Below are positions 26,872 through 36,966 of a stretch of 47,421 nucleotides of DNA, piece by piece. Made by a program: the position numbers and the translations under genes. The notes below the pieces were generated by a model that was not told where the DNA came from, searched no databases, and worked only from the letters and a program-made list of their open reading frames with translations. Each line of letters opens with the position of its first letter. Within the stretch, counting starts at the first letter, position 1. Origin of the DNA: Chlamydiota bacterium (GTDB lineage: Bacteria > Chlamydiota > Chlamydiia > Chlamydiales > RGXB01). The DNA is taken from assembly GCA_010031885.1 (NCBI GenBank), contig RGYU01000003.1, positions 1-47,421 on the forward strand. Reading direction: 5' to 3'.

Positions 26872-28608
26872 CTATTGAAGAAGTGCTATTACCATTGTGT
26901 CTTGCTCTAGAACAAGGGGATTTTGAGAAGTGTAGAGAACAATTTTCCACTCGCCCTTGTCGTCACTTGGTAAGGTGATGGATAACGGCTCTTTCCATGT
27001 ATTGAAGGCCACAAATATGGAATTTGAAGCATCCTTTTTAGTGAAAGCCAACAGATGATCGGTAGGCTGTAAACGGGCAATATTTGGATCTGATCCATGA
27101 AACTGGACTAAAGCTTGAGGATTTGATAGAGGGGTTGTTTTAAATAAATGGATTAATTTTTTGGTAAAATCCAAAAAGCTCGGGTAGAGGTTACGGTGCC
27201 ATTCTATATAACTAATTCGATTGTCCTGGTTGAAGGGGTTATTATTTCCGTAATGGGTGCTTAAAAATTCGTCACCTGCATTCAAAAGGATTGGTCCACA
27301 AAAACTAAAAAGAAGCCCGTACAAGATCTCTGCCTTTCGAAAACGGCGCGTCAGAACTCTCTGATCCTCTGTTTCTCCCTCAACTCCACAATTACAGCTG
27401 TAGTTACCGCCATGCCCATCCCTATTTTTATATCCGTTGGAGAGATTATGTTTTTGCTCATAGCTAACAAGATCGTAGAGGGTAAAACCGTCATGACATG
27501 TAACCATTTTAACCATATTAGGGCTATGAATACGTTGATGAATCAAAGGGATCTGCCCCTCGTCCATTCGGACGAATCGGCGAATTGTATCACGAATTTG
27601 GTCGTCCCAAACTATTCCATTTTTTGTGGGGAAATCGTAAAGGCGATATCCTGCGGTATCCCAAGGCTCATAAAAAATTTTAATTTTCTTTTTAAATAAA
27701 TTTTCCAGCTCATGAATAAAAGGGGGGTCAGACAAAATTTCGCCCTTTTCGTCGCGGCAGAGAGCAAGCCCAAGATCAAAACGAATTCCATCGATTTGGT
27801 ACTGTTCTACAAAAATATGGCAAGCTTCTATAAGAAGTTTTCTGATCACCGGATGCTGTACATTTAGGGTGTTTCCACAACCCGTTGCATCGTAATTTTT
27901 CAGGTAGAAATCATCGCAAAAAGGATAAAGGGTTGTCTCCATAACATCGGTGTGATTAAAGACCAGATCTAAAAACACCTCTAAACCTTTTTCATGAGCT
28001 GCATCAACGAGTTTTTTTAGGCTTAGGGAGGGATTTTTAGTAGCAGACAGGTGGGGCGAAAGTGCCATGAACGAGCGGGGCATGTATCCCCAAAGTTGCG
28101 ATGGATTGAAAAGGGTTATGGGCATAAGTTCAATTGCTGTAACCCCTAAATTTTTTATATAGTCTAGCTTTTCGATCAGCCCTTCAAAGGTCCCCGGGTA
28201 GGAAACCTCTGAGGAGGAATCCTTGGTATACGCTCGGACGCATAGCTCGTAAATAATAAGCTTTTCCGGAGGGTGGTTTGGCTTTTCATGCTTAAATACA
28301 AAGTTTTTTTCCTCCTTGTAAACACTTTTAACCCCCTCCTCATTTGTATGGGAGCAAAAAGGATCTAGCAGATCTGGATAAAAATCACCCCTTTTGAAGA
28401 CATTATAGACATAGTGAAATGGGGCTGAAAGATTTGGCATAAAAAAGGTATACACGTCCGGTTTCAGGGGGGCTTGCTCTAGAGGGTATTCAATATCGTT
28501 GAGGGTAATCGTGATGCGATCCACCCCTTTTGCATAAACGTGGAATCTATAGCCGTCAGACTCGGGCAGGCAACCAAATTCGTGACGGGATTTATGAGTG
28601 TGCGGCAT
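26872..28608 (-). CDS. glgX: Glycogen debranching enzyme/isoamylase (GH13)
   Basis: WGYMP, DLVFNHT, GCGNT, DGIRFDL, EPWD, TCHDGFTLYDLVSY, GNNNPFNQDN. Confidence 0.9.
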   Translation of the reverse strand: MPHTHKSRHEFGCLPESDGYRFHVYAKGVDRITITLNDIEYPLEQAPLKPDVYTFFMPNLSAPFHYVYNVFKRGDFYPDLLDPFCSHTNEEGVKSVYKEEKNFVFKHEKPNHPPEKLIIYELCVRAYTKDSSSEVSYPGTFEGLIEKLDYIKNLGVTAIELMPITLFNPSQLWGYMPRSFMALSPHLSATKNPSLSLKKLVDAAHEKGLEVFLDLVFNHTDVMETTLYPFCDDFYLKNYDATGCGNTLNVQHPVIRKLLIEACHIFVEQYQIDGIRFDLGLALCRDEKGEILSDPPFIHELENLFKKKIKIFYEPWDTAGYRLYDFPTKNGIVWDDQIRDTIRRFVRMDEGQIPLIHQRIHSPNMVKMVTCHDGFTLYDLVSYEQKHNLSNGYKNRDGHGGNYSCNCGVEGETEDQRVLTRRFRKAEILYGLLFSFCGPILLNAGDEFLSTHYGNNNPFNQDNRISYIEWHRNLYPSFLDFTKKLIHLFKTTPLSNPQALVQFHGSDPNIARLQPTDHLLAFTKKDASNSIFVAFNTWKEPLSITLPSDDKGEWKIVLYTSQNPLVLEQDTMVIALLQ

Positions 28609-28841
28609 CCTAAACCTCTTTTAATCAAATGAATTAGATTTTGACTAGGAATATATTATAATTTTTGATATTGATTGAAATGAATAGGGGAACTTGGAGA
28701 GCTATAGGGGTTTTCACTCATGTATAGCTTTTTCGGAAGCAATATAGCAGACGACCAAATTCGTGTAAGTGACCCAAAATTTTGAGAAAAACTCAATTTT
28801 AATTGAGAAATCAAGAATTTGTTAAATATGGCAACAATTGT

Positions 28842-28871
28842 TTGATTTTCATAAAGGGTTTGAGTTATAGT
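28842..28871 (+). promoter_or_regulatory. Putative sigma66 promoter for the T3S chaperone gene
   Basis: TTGATT-18 nt-TATAGT, followed by a strong AAGGAGG RBS before ATG 28907. Confidence 0.5.
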
Positions 28872-28906
28872 CTCCGTATCCCAATCTCTTAAGGAGGACG
28901 ACAGAC

Positions 28907-29446
28907 ATGTCTTTGGAAAACGCTACTGCAAATCTTAAGGAGTTCGGTAAAGAACTTAACCTCGACGGGCTCGCTTTTGATGAAAACGCTACATGCATCT
29001 TGGGTATAGATAATACCTTTTCCCTACATATAACATATGAACCGAATTCGAAGCGCCTTTATCTTTATGCCCCCATCATTGATGGGCTTCCTAAAGACAA
29101 AGCTACTCTTTTGACACTTTATGAAACTCTTCTTGAGGGCTCAATGCTTGGTGGTCAAATGGCAGGTGGCGGAGTCGGTGTCGCGGTGAAGGAAGAGTTG
29201 ATCTTGATGCACGCGGTCATTGAAATGGAGGGTGCAGATACCTCTAGTTTAAGACGTTTTTCCCCAGTATTTGTAGAAGCTGTAGAAAAATGGCGCGACA
29301 TTGCAAAAAGAATTTGCGAAGGTCGTTATGATGAAAAAGAGCGTGAAGCTCTCCGTCCGTATAACCAAGCTCCGGGTGCGCACCATCCATCTCCAGGTCA
29401 AGGACACCACGGAAAACCTGGTAATTTGTTCGACAAAAGGGTGTAA
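28907..29446 (+). CDS. slc1: CesT-family type III secretion chaperone (Slc1/CT043-like)
   Basis: FDENATCILGID, LLEGSMLGGQMAGGGVGVAVKEELILMH and FVEAVEKWR are characteristic of chlamydial Slc1; lies next to glgX as CT042/CT043 do. Confidence 0.9.
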   Translation: MSLENATANLKEFGKELNLDGLAFDENATCILGIDNTFSLHITYEPNSKRLYLYAPIIDGLPKDKATLLTLYETLLEGSMLGGQMAGGGVGVAVKEELILMHAVIEMEGADTSSLRRFSPVFVEAVEKWRDIAKRICEGRYDEKEREALRPYNQAPGAHHPSPGQGHHGKPGNLFDKRV

Positions 29447-29474
29447 ATTCGGCTCAATTCTTGGGTTAAGAGAT

Positions 29475-29524
29475 AAAAAGGTTCAGCTTTCGACAGCTAC
29501 TGTTAGAAACTGAGCCCTTTTTTT
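29475..29524. terminator. Long bidirectional intrinsic terminator
   Basis: AAAAAGGTTCAG-CTTTC-GACAG-cta-CTGTT-AGAAA-CTGAGCCCTTTTTTT between convergent slc1 and dnaA. Confidence 0.75.
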
Positions 29525-29548
29525 GGTAAAAAATCTGAAATATAAGGG

Positions 29549-30877
29549 TCAACCTATAGAAACTATTTTTCTTTGGATTTGGCCCATGTGAAACATTAAA
29601 TCCTGACTCTGTTTTTCCAGTCCCTTAGTGATCTGCCGTATGCTAGACATCACTGTTGAGTGATCCTTGTCAAAATATTTTCCAATCTTGAGATAAGGCA
29701 TTTTCAGTAATGATCTTAGAAGATACATGGAGATCTGACGGGGAAGAACCGATTCTCTTGCCTGCGATTTATTGAGTAGATCATCGGGTTTGATTCCAAA
29801 AGATTGGGAAACGATTTCCAGAATTTTCTCGGCACTCAATACCTCTTTAGTTTCTTGGGTAATCAGCTGCTCTACAATTTTTTTTACATCTGCTTTCGAT
29901 TTCATTTGGTTATGAGCCAAAGAGAGGGATTGAACAACTTTTTCGATAGATTTAGGCGTTTTCATTGTTTGAATTACCCGATCCATAATCTCTGGCTCTA
30001 TAGGCACCTTGAAACGGTTCATTTTTAGCTTTAAAACTTGTGTAAGGTCCTCTTGGGTTTGGAGCCTTTCCACGGATAGTACAATACCCCACTCAAATCG
30101 ACTCACAAGACGATCTTCAATCTCCTCCAAAAGGGCAGGAGGGGAACTTGAAGCTAAGATAATCTGTTTTTCGTGAATGTGCAGATGATTGAAAGTATGG
30201 AAAAGTTCCTCTTGAGTGGCAAATCTTTTGGAAAAATGGTGTACATCATCGATGATGAGAGTGTCAACTTTTCGATAACAATTGCGAAAATCTTCCATCC
30301 TTGAGGAGCGAATGGCGCCTACTACGTGTTGGGTAAATGTCTCTGCGGAAATATACAAAACGGTCTTTCCAAGCCCCTCTAAAAGTTTTTTCGCCCCTTG
30401 TAGTAGATGGGTTTTTCCACTGCCATTGGGACCGTAGAGATAGATAGGGTTTAAAAATTCAAATGTTTGTAAGAGGGCATTTTTAAAAAGTTTAACAGTC
30501 ATCTCAGTCGAGCTATTCGTGGCGAAAGTCTCAAAGGTGTGATCTGGATCAACAGCGTCTGATTGAAAATGAATCGGTTTGGAATGTTGCTCCTGGGATT
30601 GAAAGGGTGAATCTTCCTTAGATTTGGTTCCTTCTGTCGATCCAATTTTGATATGGACGAGAATTTTTCGGCCGTTGTTATTGAGAAGCTCTTTTTCAAT
30701 CTTAGATTCGATATGCTCTTTAAACCAGTTTATCTGTAGAGCATCATCTGCTTCCAGGTACAGGTTGCAGGAGTTAAAATTGACAATCCTCAAAGGGCGG
30801 AGCCACCTTTCTACCACCTCTTTGGTGAGGTGGTTTTCTTGTTCGACGAGGAATTCTTCCCAAATTCTAGGTATCAT
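29549..30877 (-). CDS. dnaA: Chromosomal replication initiator DnaA (CT250-type paralog)
   Basis: GPNGSGKTHLL, LIIDDVH, TQEELFHTFN, RLVSRFEWG, PRQISMYL, KDHSTV. Confidence 0.95.
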   Translation of the reverse strand: MIPRIWEEFLVEQENHLTKEVVERWLRPLRIVNFNSCNLYLEADDALQINWFKEHIESKIEKELLNNNGRKILVHIKIGSTEGTKSKEDSPFQSQEQHSKPIHFQSDAVDPDHTFETFATNSSTEMTVKLFKNALLQTFEFLNPIYLYGPNGSGKTHLLQGAKKLLEGLGKTVLYISAETFTQHVVGAIRSSRMEDFRNCYRKVDTLIIDDVHHFSKRFATQEELFHTFNHLHIHEKQIILASSSPPALLEEIEDRLVSRFEWGIVLSVERLQTQEDLTQVLKLKMNRFKVPIEPEIMDRVIQTMKTPKSIEKVVQSLSLAHNQMKSKADVKKIVEQLITQETKEVLSAEKILEIVSQSFGIKPDDLLNKSQARESVLPRQISMYLLRSLLKMPYLKIGKYFDKDHSTVMSSIRQITKGLEKQSQDLMFHMGQIQRKIVSIG

Positions 30878-32694
30878 TTCTTTAGGATTTGTATCTTAGG
30901 TTTTTGCGAGATTTTCATCATCAAAAATTGTTGGATTATCATTAATAACGAAGAAAAGGCAAAATAGATATTCACACCGGCTGCAAAATTATAAAATAGA
31001 ACCGCAGTCAAGATTGACACGAATGAGGTTGAGGCTGCAGCTTGACGCTGTTTCTCGGAGAGATCTTTTTTTGGTGTTGTATTCATCATTTTCGATTGTA
31101 GAAAGGTGCAGATTCCGGTCAAAATAGGTAGCAGGTGGAATTCATTCCCTATGTAGGGGAGCGGGTAGCCCCAGCTAAAAAGGATGTCAGGAGCTGAGAG
31201 ATTCGGAATCCAAGAAGATAGAAGAAATGGAACACCTCGTAACTCAAAATTTGTTTTGAAAAGGTCGAAGACACCAATCAAAAAGGGGATTTGAATCAGC
31301 ATCGGAATGCATCCTGAAAGGGGGTTAATCTTACGCTCTTGATATAACCGCATTTTTTCCATCTGAGCCTTCTTAGGGTCTTTTTTATGACGCTCCTCTA
31401 TAGCGTTAATTTCAGGCTGTAATGCTGCTTGAGCCATCATCGATTTTGTACTCCATCTATTGAGAGGGAACGTCAAAAGTCGAAGCACTATGGTAACGCC
31501 TATAATTGAAAGGCCCCAAGAATTTGTGAACATGTAACATATTTTCATTACAAAAAACATCAAACGCGCAAAAGGCTCAGAGATAAAACTAAACCAACCC
31601 TGAACGATTGGTGCAAGCTCAAATTGGGGATTTTGCAAATAGGCTTTGGAGGCTTCTAAAAGAATTTGTTCTTCGTATGGGCCTGCATAAAAGGAAAAAT
31701 TGAATATTCCATTTTGGGGAATGATTTGTTTGGCAATCTGGTATGCAGGGTAGGATTTAACAGGGTACAGTTCGTATTTTTGATCTATAAGGCTTAGACG
31801 GGTGGGGGCAAGATTCCCTTCGATTTTTGCAACGTTAAATCCGTTTTGAGCCGCATTTGGATCTGGGTGTAAAATGGTACCAAAAAAACCGTTTGAGCTT
31901 GAGAGCCAGATCGGGCTATTTGCCGGATAGACCCCTAAATCTTTTGGTAGGTCAATTTTTTCACTGATGAACTTTTCTCCACGCTGATTGAGGGCTTGCA
32001 GAACCGGTGAATATGCCCCTGAAATGAGCTCTACTTCAGTAATGCCGTTGGTGATGTAGAGTGTTCGGTTTTGGGCATTTTGAAAGGTTATGCTCAATTT
32101 AAAACCGTAGGGCTCCACCAGCTCGTACGTTTTGGTGACCTTTTGACCGTATACTTGACCCGAAAATTGAATGGAGTTTTTAGACAACTTCGTCATTTGA
32201 AAATTTGTTAAATCCATTTCCCCGAGTTCACTTACAAGCTGACACATGTAGAATTTAGGTTGTATCACGTAGGTGTAGCCCTCTTTTTCCCCTTTAATAG
32301 AGCGTCTGAGAAGTGGGGTGTAACCGCCCTGCTTGGGAGTGTAAGGCTCCATTGAATTTGAGCTGGAGTCAAAATAGGATGCGTTTGACAATGGAAAAAG
32401 ATTGTTTTGCGGTGATTCTTTTTGAATCTTTCGATCAAATTCGATGGCACGAACAATACTGGTAGAATCTTTGGTTGTCTGAAATGGTAAATTGATCTCT
32501 TTGATTGCACCACCAAGATTGGAAAAAACTATTTGCTGGGTTCCGTTTTCCAAAACATAAAGACGCTCTTGAGAATTTAAAGCGAGCTCTTGCACCTGAA
32601 TAGCAGGGGGTGCAACTGGGGGTAAAAACCAGATGTTAAATAAGAAAAGGGAAATTGAAAGGATCAATACAAAAACAAAAGAACGTTTATCCAC
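30874..32694 (-). CDS. yidC: Membrane protein insertase YidC
   Basis: N-terminal TM, periplasmic domain, WGLSII, NPLSGCIPMLIQIP, WIPNLSAPD. Confidence 0.95.
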   Translation of the reverse strand: MDKRSFVFVLILSISLFLFNIWFLPPVAPPAIQVQELALNSQERLYVLENGTQQIVFSNLGGAIKEINLPFQTTKDSTSIVRAIEFDRKIQKESPQNNLFPLSNASYFDSSSNSMEPYTPKQGGYTPLLRRSIKGEKEGYTYVIQPKFYMCQLVSELGEMDLTNFQMTKLSKNSIQFSGQVYGQKVTKTYELVEPYGFKLSITFQNAQNRTLYITNGITEVELISGAYSPVLQALNQRGEKFISEKIDLPKDLGVYPANSPIWLSSSNGFFGTILHPDPNAAQNGFNVAKIEGNLAPTRLSLIDQKYELYPVKSYPAYQIAKQIIPQNGIFNFSFYAGPYEEQILLEASKAYLQNPQFELAPIVQGWFSFISEPFARLMFFVMKICYMFTNSWGLSIIGVTIVLRLLTFPLNRWSTKSMMAQAALQPEINAIEERHKKDPKKAQMEKMRLYQERKINPLSGCIPMLIQIPFLIGVFDLFKTNFELRGVPFLLSSWIPNLSAPDILFSWGYPLPYIGNEFHLLPILTGICTFLQSKMMNTTPKKDLSEKQRQAAASTSFVSILTAVLFYNFAAGVNIYFAFSSLLMIIQQFLMMKISQKPKIQILKK

Positions 32695-32910
32695 GCGACC
32701 TTAACCTTTTTTTTGGAAAAAATTATAGCAGTTGCTGAATAACCTGTATACAGCTTCGAAGTAGTACGGAAAACAACAGAATAAAGAGTCTTTTTTGCTG
32801 TTTATAGATAAAAAAGGGGGAGATGAGGGGTTTTACACTGCAATTGTACATTTCTAGCTATTATAAGCTTCAAAACGGTTGCTTGTGTTGAGTCCCTCAC
32901 CTAGTGGGTA

Positions 32911-34574
32911 TTAATGATCAAATGACTGATCATTCAAAAAAGTCATGAAGTGGCGGAATTCGTCCGTTTTTCTCAAGTTCTCCAACCATGTGTCCTCTAA
33001 AAGCTCTTGCATCGGAGGTAGTGCATTGATGGAACGTGCCCTTTTCATCCAGTCAAGTGCAAGTTCTTTTTGATTACCCAACGAGTAAAAACAGGCGATT
33101 TGATAGTATGCCTGGTTATTTCCCTGCTTTGCACTTTGCATGAGCTTCTCTTCGGCCTCTTTCATGATACCAAGACGTCGATTTTCATCTTCAACGCATT
33201 CGCCGTAGTGGATCAGTGTTAAAGCCCAATCTAAAAGAACAAAATCATGGTCTGGATTATTTCTATGGGCTAGCCTAAAATGGCAAAAAGCTCGCATGAA
33301 ATGGTTGTTGTCATTTGTGAGGTCTGCTAAATGAGAAAGGGTTAAAGCAATTCTGTAGTGGATGTCTTGTGTTGTTGGATCTAAAATTAAAACGCGGTTT
33401 AATTGATCAATAGACATCATTAACAGGCTTTCATCCTCTTTGACTTCGCCCATATTATCTAACAAAAGCGCGTACTCAAAAATCCACTCCGTAGGGGGAA
33501 AGGGGGCCCCTTTCTCTAAGTTGAATGCAACTTCAAAAAGCCTTTTTGCCTCTTCTAAGTGTTCTACAGCCTGATTGATTTCAAAAATCCTAGATGTTGC
33601 GATTGCTAGTTGAATATAGGTTTCTGAGGTCGGCTTATGTTGTATCGCTTTTTGAAAAAAGCGGATTGATAGATGTAAATATCGATCGTGTTCTATCGCC
33701 TCATAAAGTAGAAAGAAACATATTCCCAAATAGTGCCATCCCTGACTAAATGTGCGATCAATAGATGGGAGTGTTGTAAAAAATGGATGGCAGCTTGGAG
33801 CTCGTCTAGGTCAGAAGAGTAAATTGCGTAACACAGTGAGGATACCCCTTTAGCATACAACTCTAGGGGTGTGTGTTCTGAAAGTAGTTGGCTCTTGTAA
33901 ATTGATTCTGAAAGCTTTTCCGCATCTTCTAGAAATAGGGATAAAAATGCACTTGTAGCTACGCTTAGAGATTTAGCTTTTTGATTATTAGGATGAAGAG
34001 CAACAATTTTTTCGTATTCTTCTAGTGATAATTGTAAAAAACGTGTTTGTTTATTTCTTAAACCATACTCAAAATAGAGTTCCGCTCGTATAAAAATAAG
34101 ATCAAGATCATTTGGTTTATCAAGTAGATAACGGGAACATTTTTCAAGACAAAGATTGAATGTTTCTTCATCACGAACTTTTAAATAGAGCTCAAGAAGC
34201 ACTTTAGAAATCTGGTAGCTGTTACTAGAAAGATTTCCTGCGTAGACTGCTTTTTCAAGTTGTTCTAGATTTTGAGTCTTCTCATAAATAAAGATATACA
34301 CCTGGCTCAGCTTAAGCCAATCCTCTTGCTTAAGGGGATAGTTATTAGACAATAATTTATCATAACAGTGAACAGACTTGATTGCATCGGACAACTCTAA
34401 TGAGTACATAGATGTGAGAGCGTAGGCAGATGCAAGCAGGGAAGTATGCGCAAGCTCTTCATCTTTACTGGGCTGGTAGTTTTTGAGGTGGGTAAGGGCT
34501 TTTTCGACAAGCTTTGTCGGTTTTGACCGGAATAAAGCTTGGTATAATTGACCAGTTTTTCTGAACGGAGTCAT
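32911..34574 (-). pseudogene. TPR-repeat protein split by a -1 frameshift (about 554 aa if joined); pseudogene, programmed shift or sequencing error
   Basis: Two overlapping helical-repeat ORFs (33693-34574 and 32911-33729). The downstream frame is open upstream of its TTG and reads SIDRTFSQGWHYLGICF, continuing AIHFLQHS as one TPR unit. Confidence 0.75.
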
Positions 34575-34601
34575 GTTTCGTCTCCCTCGGCTTTTGAGCT
34601 C

Positions 34602-34630
34602 AGTATAGGAAAGGGTATATGTGTTGTCAA
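34602..34630 (-). promoter_or_regulatory. Near-consensus sigma66 promoter for the TPR gene
   Basis: TTGACA-17 nt-TATACT; GGGAG RBS before ATG 34574. Confidence 0.8.
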
Positions 34631-34811
34631 TTTTGTTTCTGATATTTTTTTTTCGCTAAACTATTCCGAAAAAAATAGTAAAAAAAATTACAAAAAATAG
34701 ATCTTGGAATATCTGAAGATGTCAATCCAAAATAGATATGCTTTTTATAAAATAAAAAACTTTTTTAAGATAAGTCAGTTATGTTTATCATTCAAAAGGG
34801 GTGGTCAGTAC

Positions 34812-35171
34812 ATGATATTCAAGAAAATTCAGATTGCCGGTCAGGTATTTATAAGAGATACAGATGCTACGGGTAGGATCTATTGTCCAAGACCTATCGA
34901 GTGGGTGATCGAGGCTTTTGAAAAAGAGTGCTATAGAATCTGTCATACGAAGGAAGACGTAGTAATTGTTCAAGCTTCGGTCCATTACTTTAAACCTTTT
35001 GTCTGGTTCGATCCATATGATATGACTTTGGAGATAGAAAGGGTTGGAAACCGCTCTTTTGACTTGAAAGGGCTTATTTATAAAGACAAGGAGCTAGCAA
35101 TAGAGGTGAAGATTACCTTTGTTGTGAATAAAAATAGTGAATCCTTTCTTAAACAGTATTGGGGATCATGA
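34812..35171 (+). CDS. Hot-dog acyl-CoA thioesterase, probable 1,4-dihydroxy-2-naphthoyl-CoA hydrolase
   Basis: RDTDATGRIY (4HBT-I/YbgC D-T-D-x-x-G motif), VIVQASVHYFKP, RVGNRSF; convergent on the men operon. Start moved to ATG 34812. Confidence 0.75.
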   Translation: MIFKKIQIAGQVFIRDTDATGRIYCPRPIEWVIEAFEKECYRICHTKEDVVIVQASVHYFKPFVWFDPYDMTLEIERVGNRSFDLKGLIYKDKELAIEVKITFVVNKNSESFLKQYWGS

Positions 35172-36966
35172 GTTTTTTAGCCTCATTTTGCAGATAGGAC
35201 AAAGGGGGTTTTTCTGGTGCATCGTGTGGCAACATGAAAACAATTTTTGGCACCATATAATAGGGTAGATTGTTTTTTAGATGGAATTGAATTGTGTGGG
35301 ACTTTTCTGATCCCAAAAAAGCCAAGGCCAAAGCCTCCCCCCAATAGGGGTCATGCATACCAAACGCAAAGAAAAGCGTTTTTTCAAATATTTGGCTAGC
35401 GACTTTTTCGATGTAATCCAGACTAATTTTCTCCCCACCTGAATTGATCACACGATCCTTACGTCCTGTAATAGTAAATTTTCCTTCCTTAACAATAGCC
35501 AAATCGTGGGTTTCAAAAAACCCGTCAACACCCGGCCTTAAATTTTGACACACCCCCAGTTTCTGGATCTTAAATTGCCCATTGTGAACACACCCTTTCG
35601 CATTTGCAACCAAATGGTTGTCTATCAGACAGGTTCCTAGCTCTGATGTTGTGTAGATAATTACCGATTTTACAGATTTTTGTTGCAATCTCTCTATTAA
35701 ATAAGGGGGGCAAAAAGCTCCACCAATCAAGAGGTTTCTACAATGCCAACTCCCATTCTGAGCCATTTTTTTGATGATTTGGGTAGGCACCATGTTTTCA
35801 AAATCGGTCACTACCTGGTCGTCTAAAACAAGAGCACCACCAGAGAGCAAAGGTCTCAGACCCGCCATTAATCCCCCGATACGAGAAAGACTCAGATTTG
35901 CCCGATAGCTCGCCCCTTTAAGAGGAGGATAACAAAGATATTGGTCTTGAATATTTGTAAAAAGCTGATCCCAACACCAAGTGATCTCTTTAGGCGATCC
36001 CGTTGTTCCGGAACTTACCAGTATAATTTGGGTATCTTTCGGTATAGTATGTAGAGATTTTGCTTTTATCCCTTTTTGGGGTTGATTAAAAGAGATGGGC
36101 TGACCTTGCCTTAATAGGGCAAAAAATTTGATCAGTGCGTCTAATTTTGGCAAATTGCATAAAATTTCCCCTGGTTCAACACCCTGTGAATTAATCCTTT
36201 GATCGAGCTCATGGTAGGTGATTTTTTCTGTGCTTGTTATAATCGCTATCGAGCAAGGATTTGCTTTTTTAATAGGGCATGTCATCACCTCAATTTTAAA
36301 GCGATCCACATCAATACCAACAGATTCAGAGTACAAATTCAAATAGGTAGCAAGTTTTAAAATTGGTGTGCTGTCCTCTAAAGAACTACTTAAAACAAAT
36401 CGTTTCCCCAGTTTTTTGGTCAATTCATAAATTGGTTCATAAAAAACCCTATAGGGTTTGACTACCGCTGCGACTACTTGCTTGTATGCAAGGCGCGTTT
36501 GCCAGCCTTCTTCCAAAAAACTTTCGTCAAGTGCTAAGGGAATATTGAGTTCCAGAACTTTTTCAATAGTTGAAGTAGGTTCCTCAAAAAAATCGAGCCT
36601 CTCCTGGGGGATGAGTGAAGCAAGTATTTTTACTTGGTCAACTGAAAGAGTACGGTTTGCATCAATACGAATTTTGGCATCAGTTTTTTCTATAGCGTTT
36701 TTTATGAGCAAAAGGCCCTGATCAAAGTCCAGGTGGGTGATTTTTACCTTGATTGTGGATGCTTTATCTGCTCTCAAAAGATCCTCTTCACAGGCGACGA
36801 ATAGGGCTTTGGGGACCGGCCCTATTTTAGAAAAAAGAGCCATTTGTAGGGGAAAATAGACCTGAGGAATGAAGGGGAGTTCAACAATTTGGTTGTTGAA
36901 TTCTACTTGAAGTAGGTTTTTTTCTCCTTGAAAGGGTTCACTCAAGCGATAAATTTTTTCTTTCAT
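35149..36966 (-). CDS. menC-menE: Fused o-succinylbenzoate synthase / OSB-CoA ligase (MenC-MenE)
   Basis: Residues 1-227 carry enolase-superfamily motifs IKVK, IRIDAN, FFEEP, LALDES, VVKP. Residues 228-605 carry ANL motifs SSGTTGSPK, THDL, GRKDRVINSGGEKI, YMVPK. Confidence 0.82.
   Translation of the reverse strand: MKEKIYRLSEPFQGEKNLLQVEFNNQIVELPFIPQVYFPLQMALFSKIGPVPKALFVACEEDLLRADKASTIKVKITHLDFDQGLLLIKNAIEKTDAKIRIDANRTLSVDQVKILASLIPQERLDFFEEPTSTIEKVLELNIPLALDESFLEEGWQTRLAYKQVVAAVVKPYRVFYEPIYELTKKLGKRFVLSSSLEDSTPILKLATYLNLYSESVGIDVDRFKIEVMTCPIKKANPCSIAIITSTEKITYHELDQRINSQGVEPGEILCNLPKLDALIKFFALLRQGQPISFNQPQKGIKAKSLHTIPKDTQIILVSSGTTGSPKEITWCWDQLFTNIQDQYLCYPPLKGASYRANLSLSRIGGLMAGLRPLLSGGALVLDDQVVTDFENMVPTQIIKKMAQNGSWHCRNLLIGGAFCPPYLIERLQQKSVKSVIIYTTSELGTCLIDNHLVANAKGCVHNGQFKIQKLGVCQNLRPGVDGFFETHDLAIVKEGKFTITGRKDRVINSGGEKISLDYIEKVASQIFEKTLFFAFGMHDPYWGEALALAFLGSEKSHTIQFHLKNNLPYYMVPKIVFMLPHDAPEKPPLSYLQNEAKKLMIPNTV

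Noticed and set aside
28697-28733. Inverted repeat GAGAGCTATA...TATAGCTTTT in the glgX-slc1 intergenic region as an sRNA or operator
   Set aside because: Short, AT-rich stem with a long loop, no second copy and no recognisable RNA family; too weak to call.
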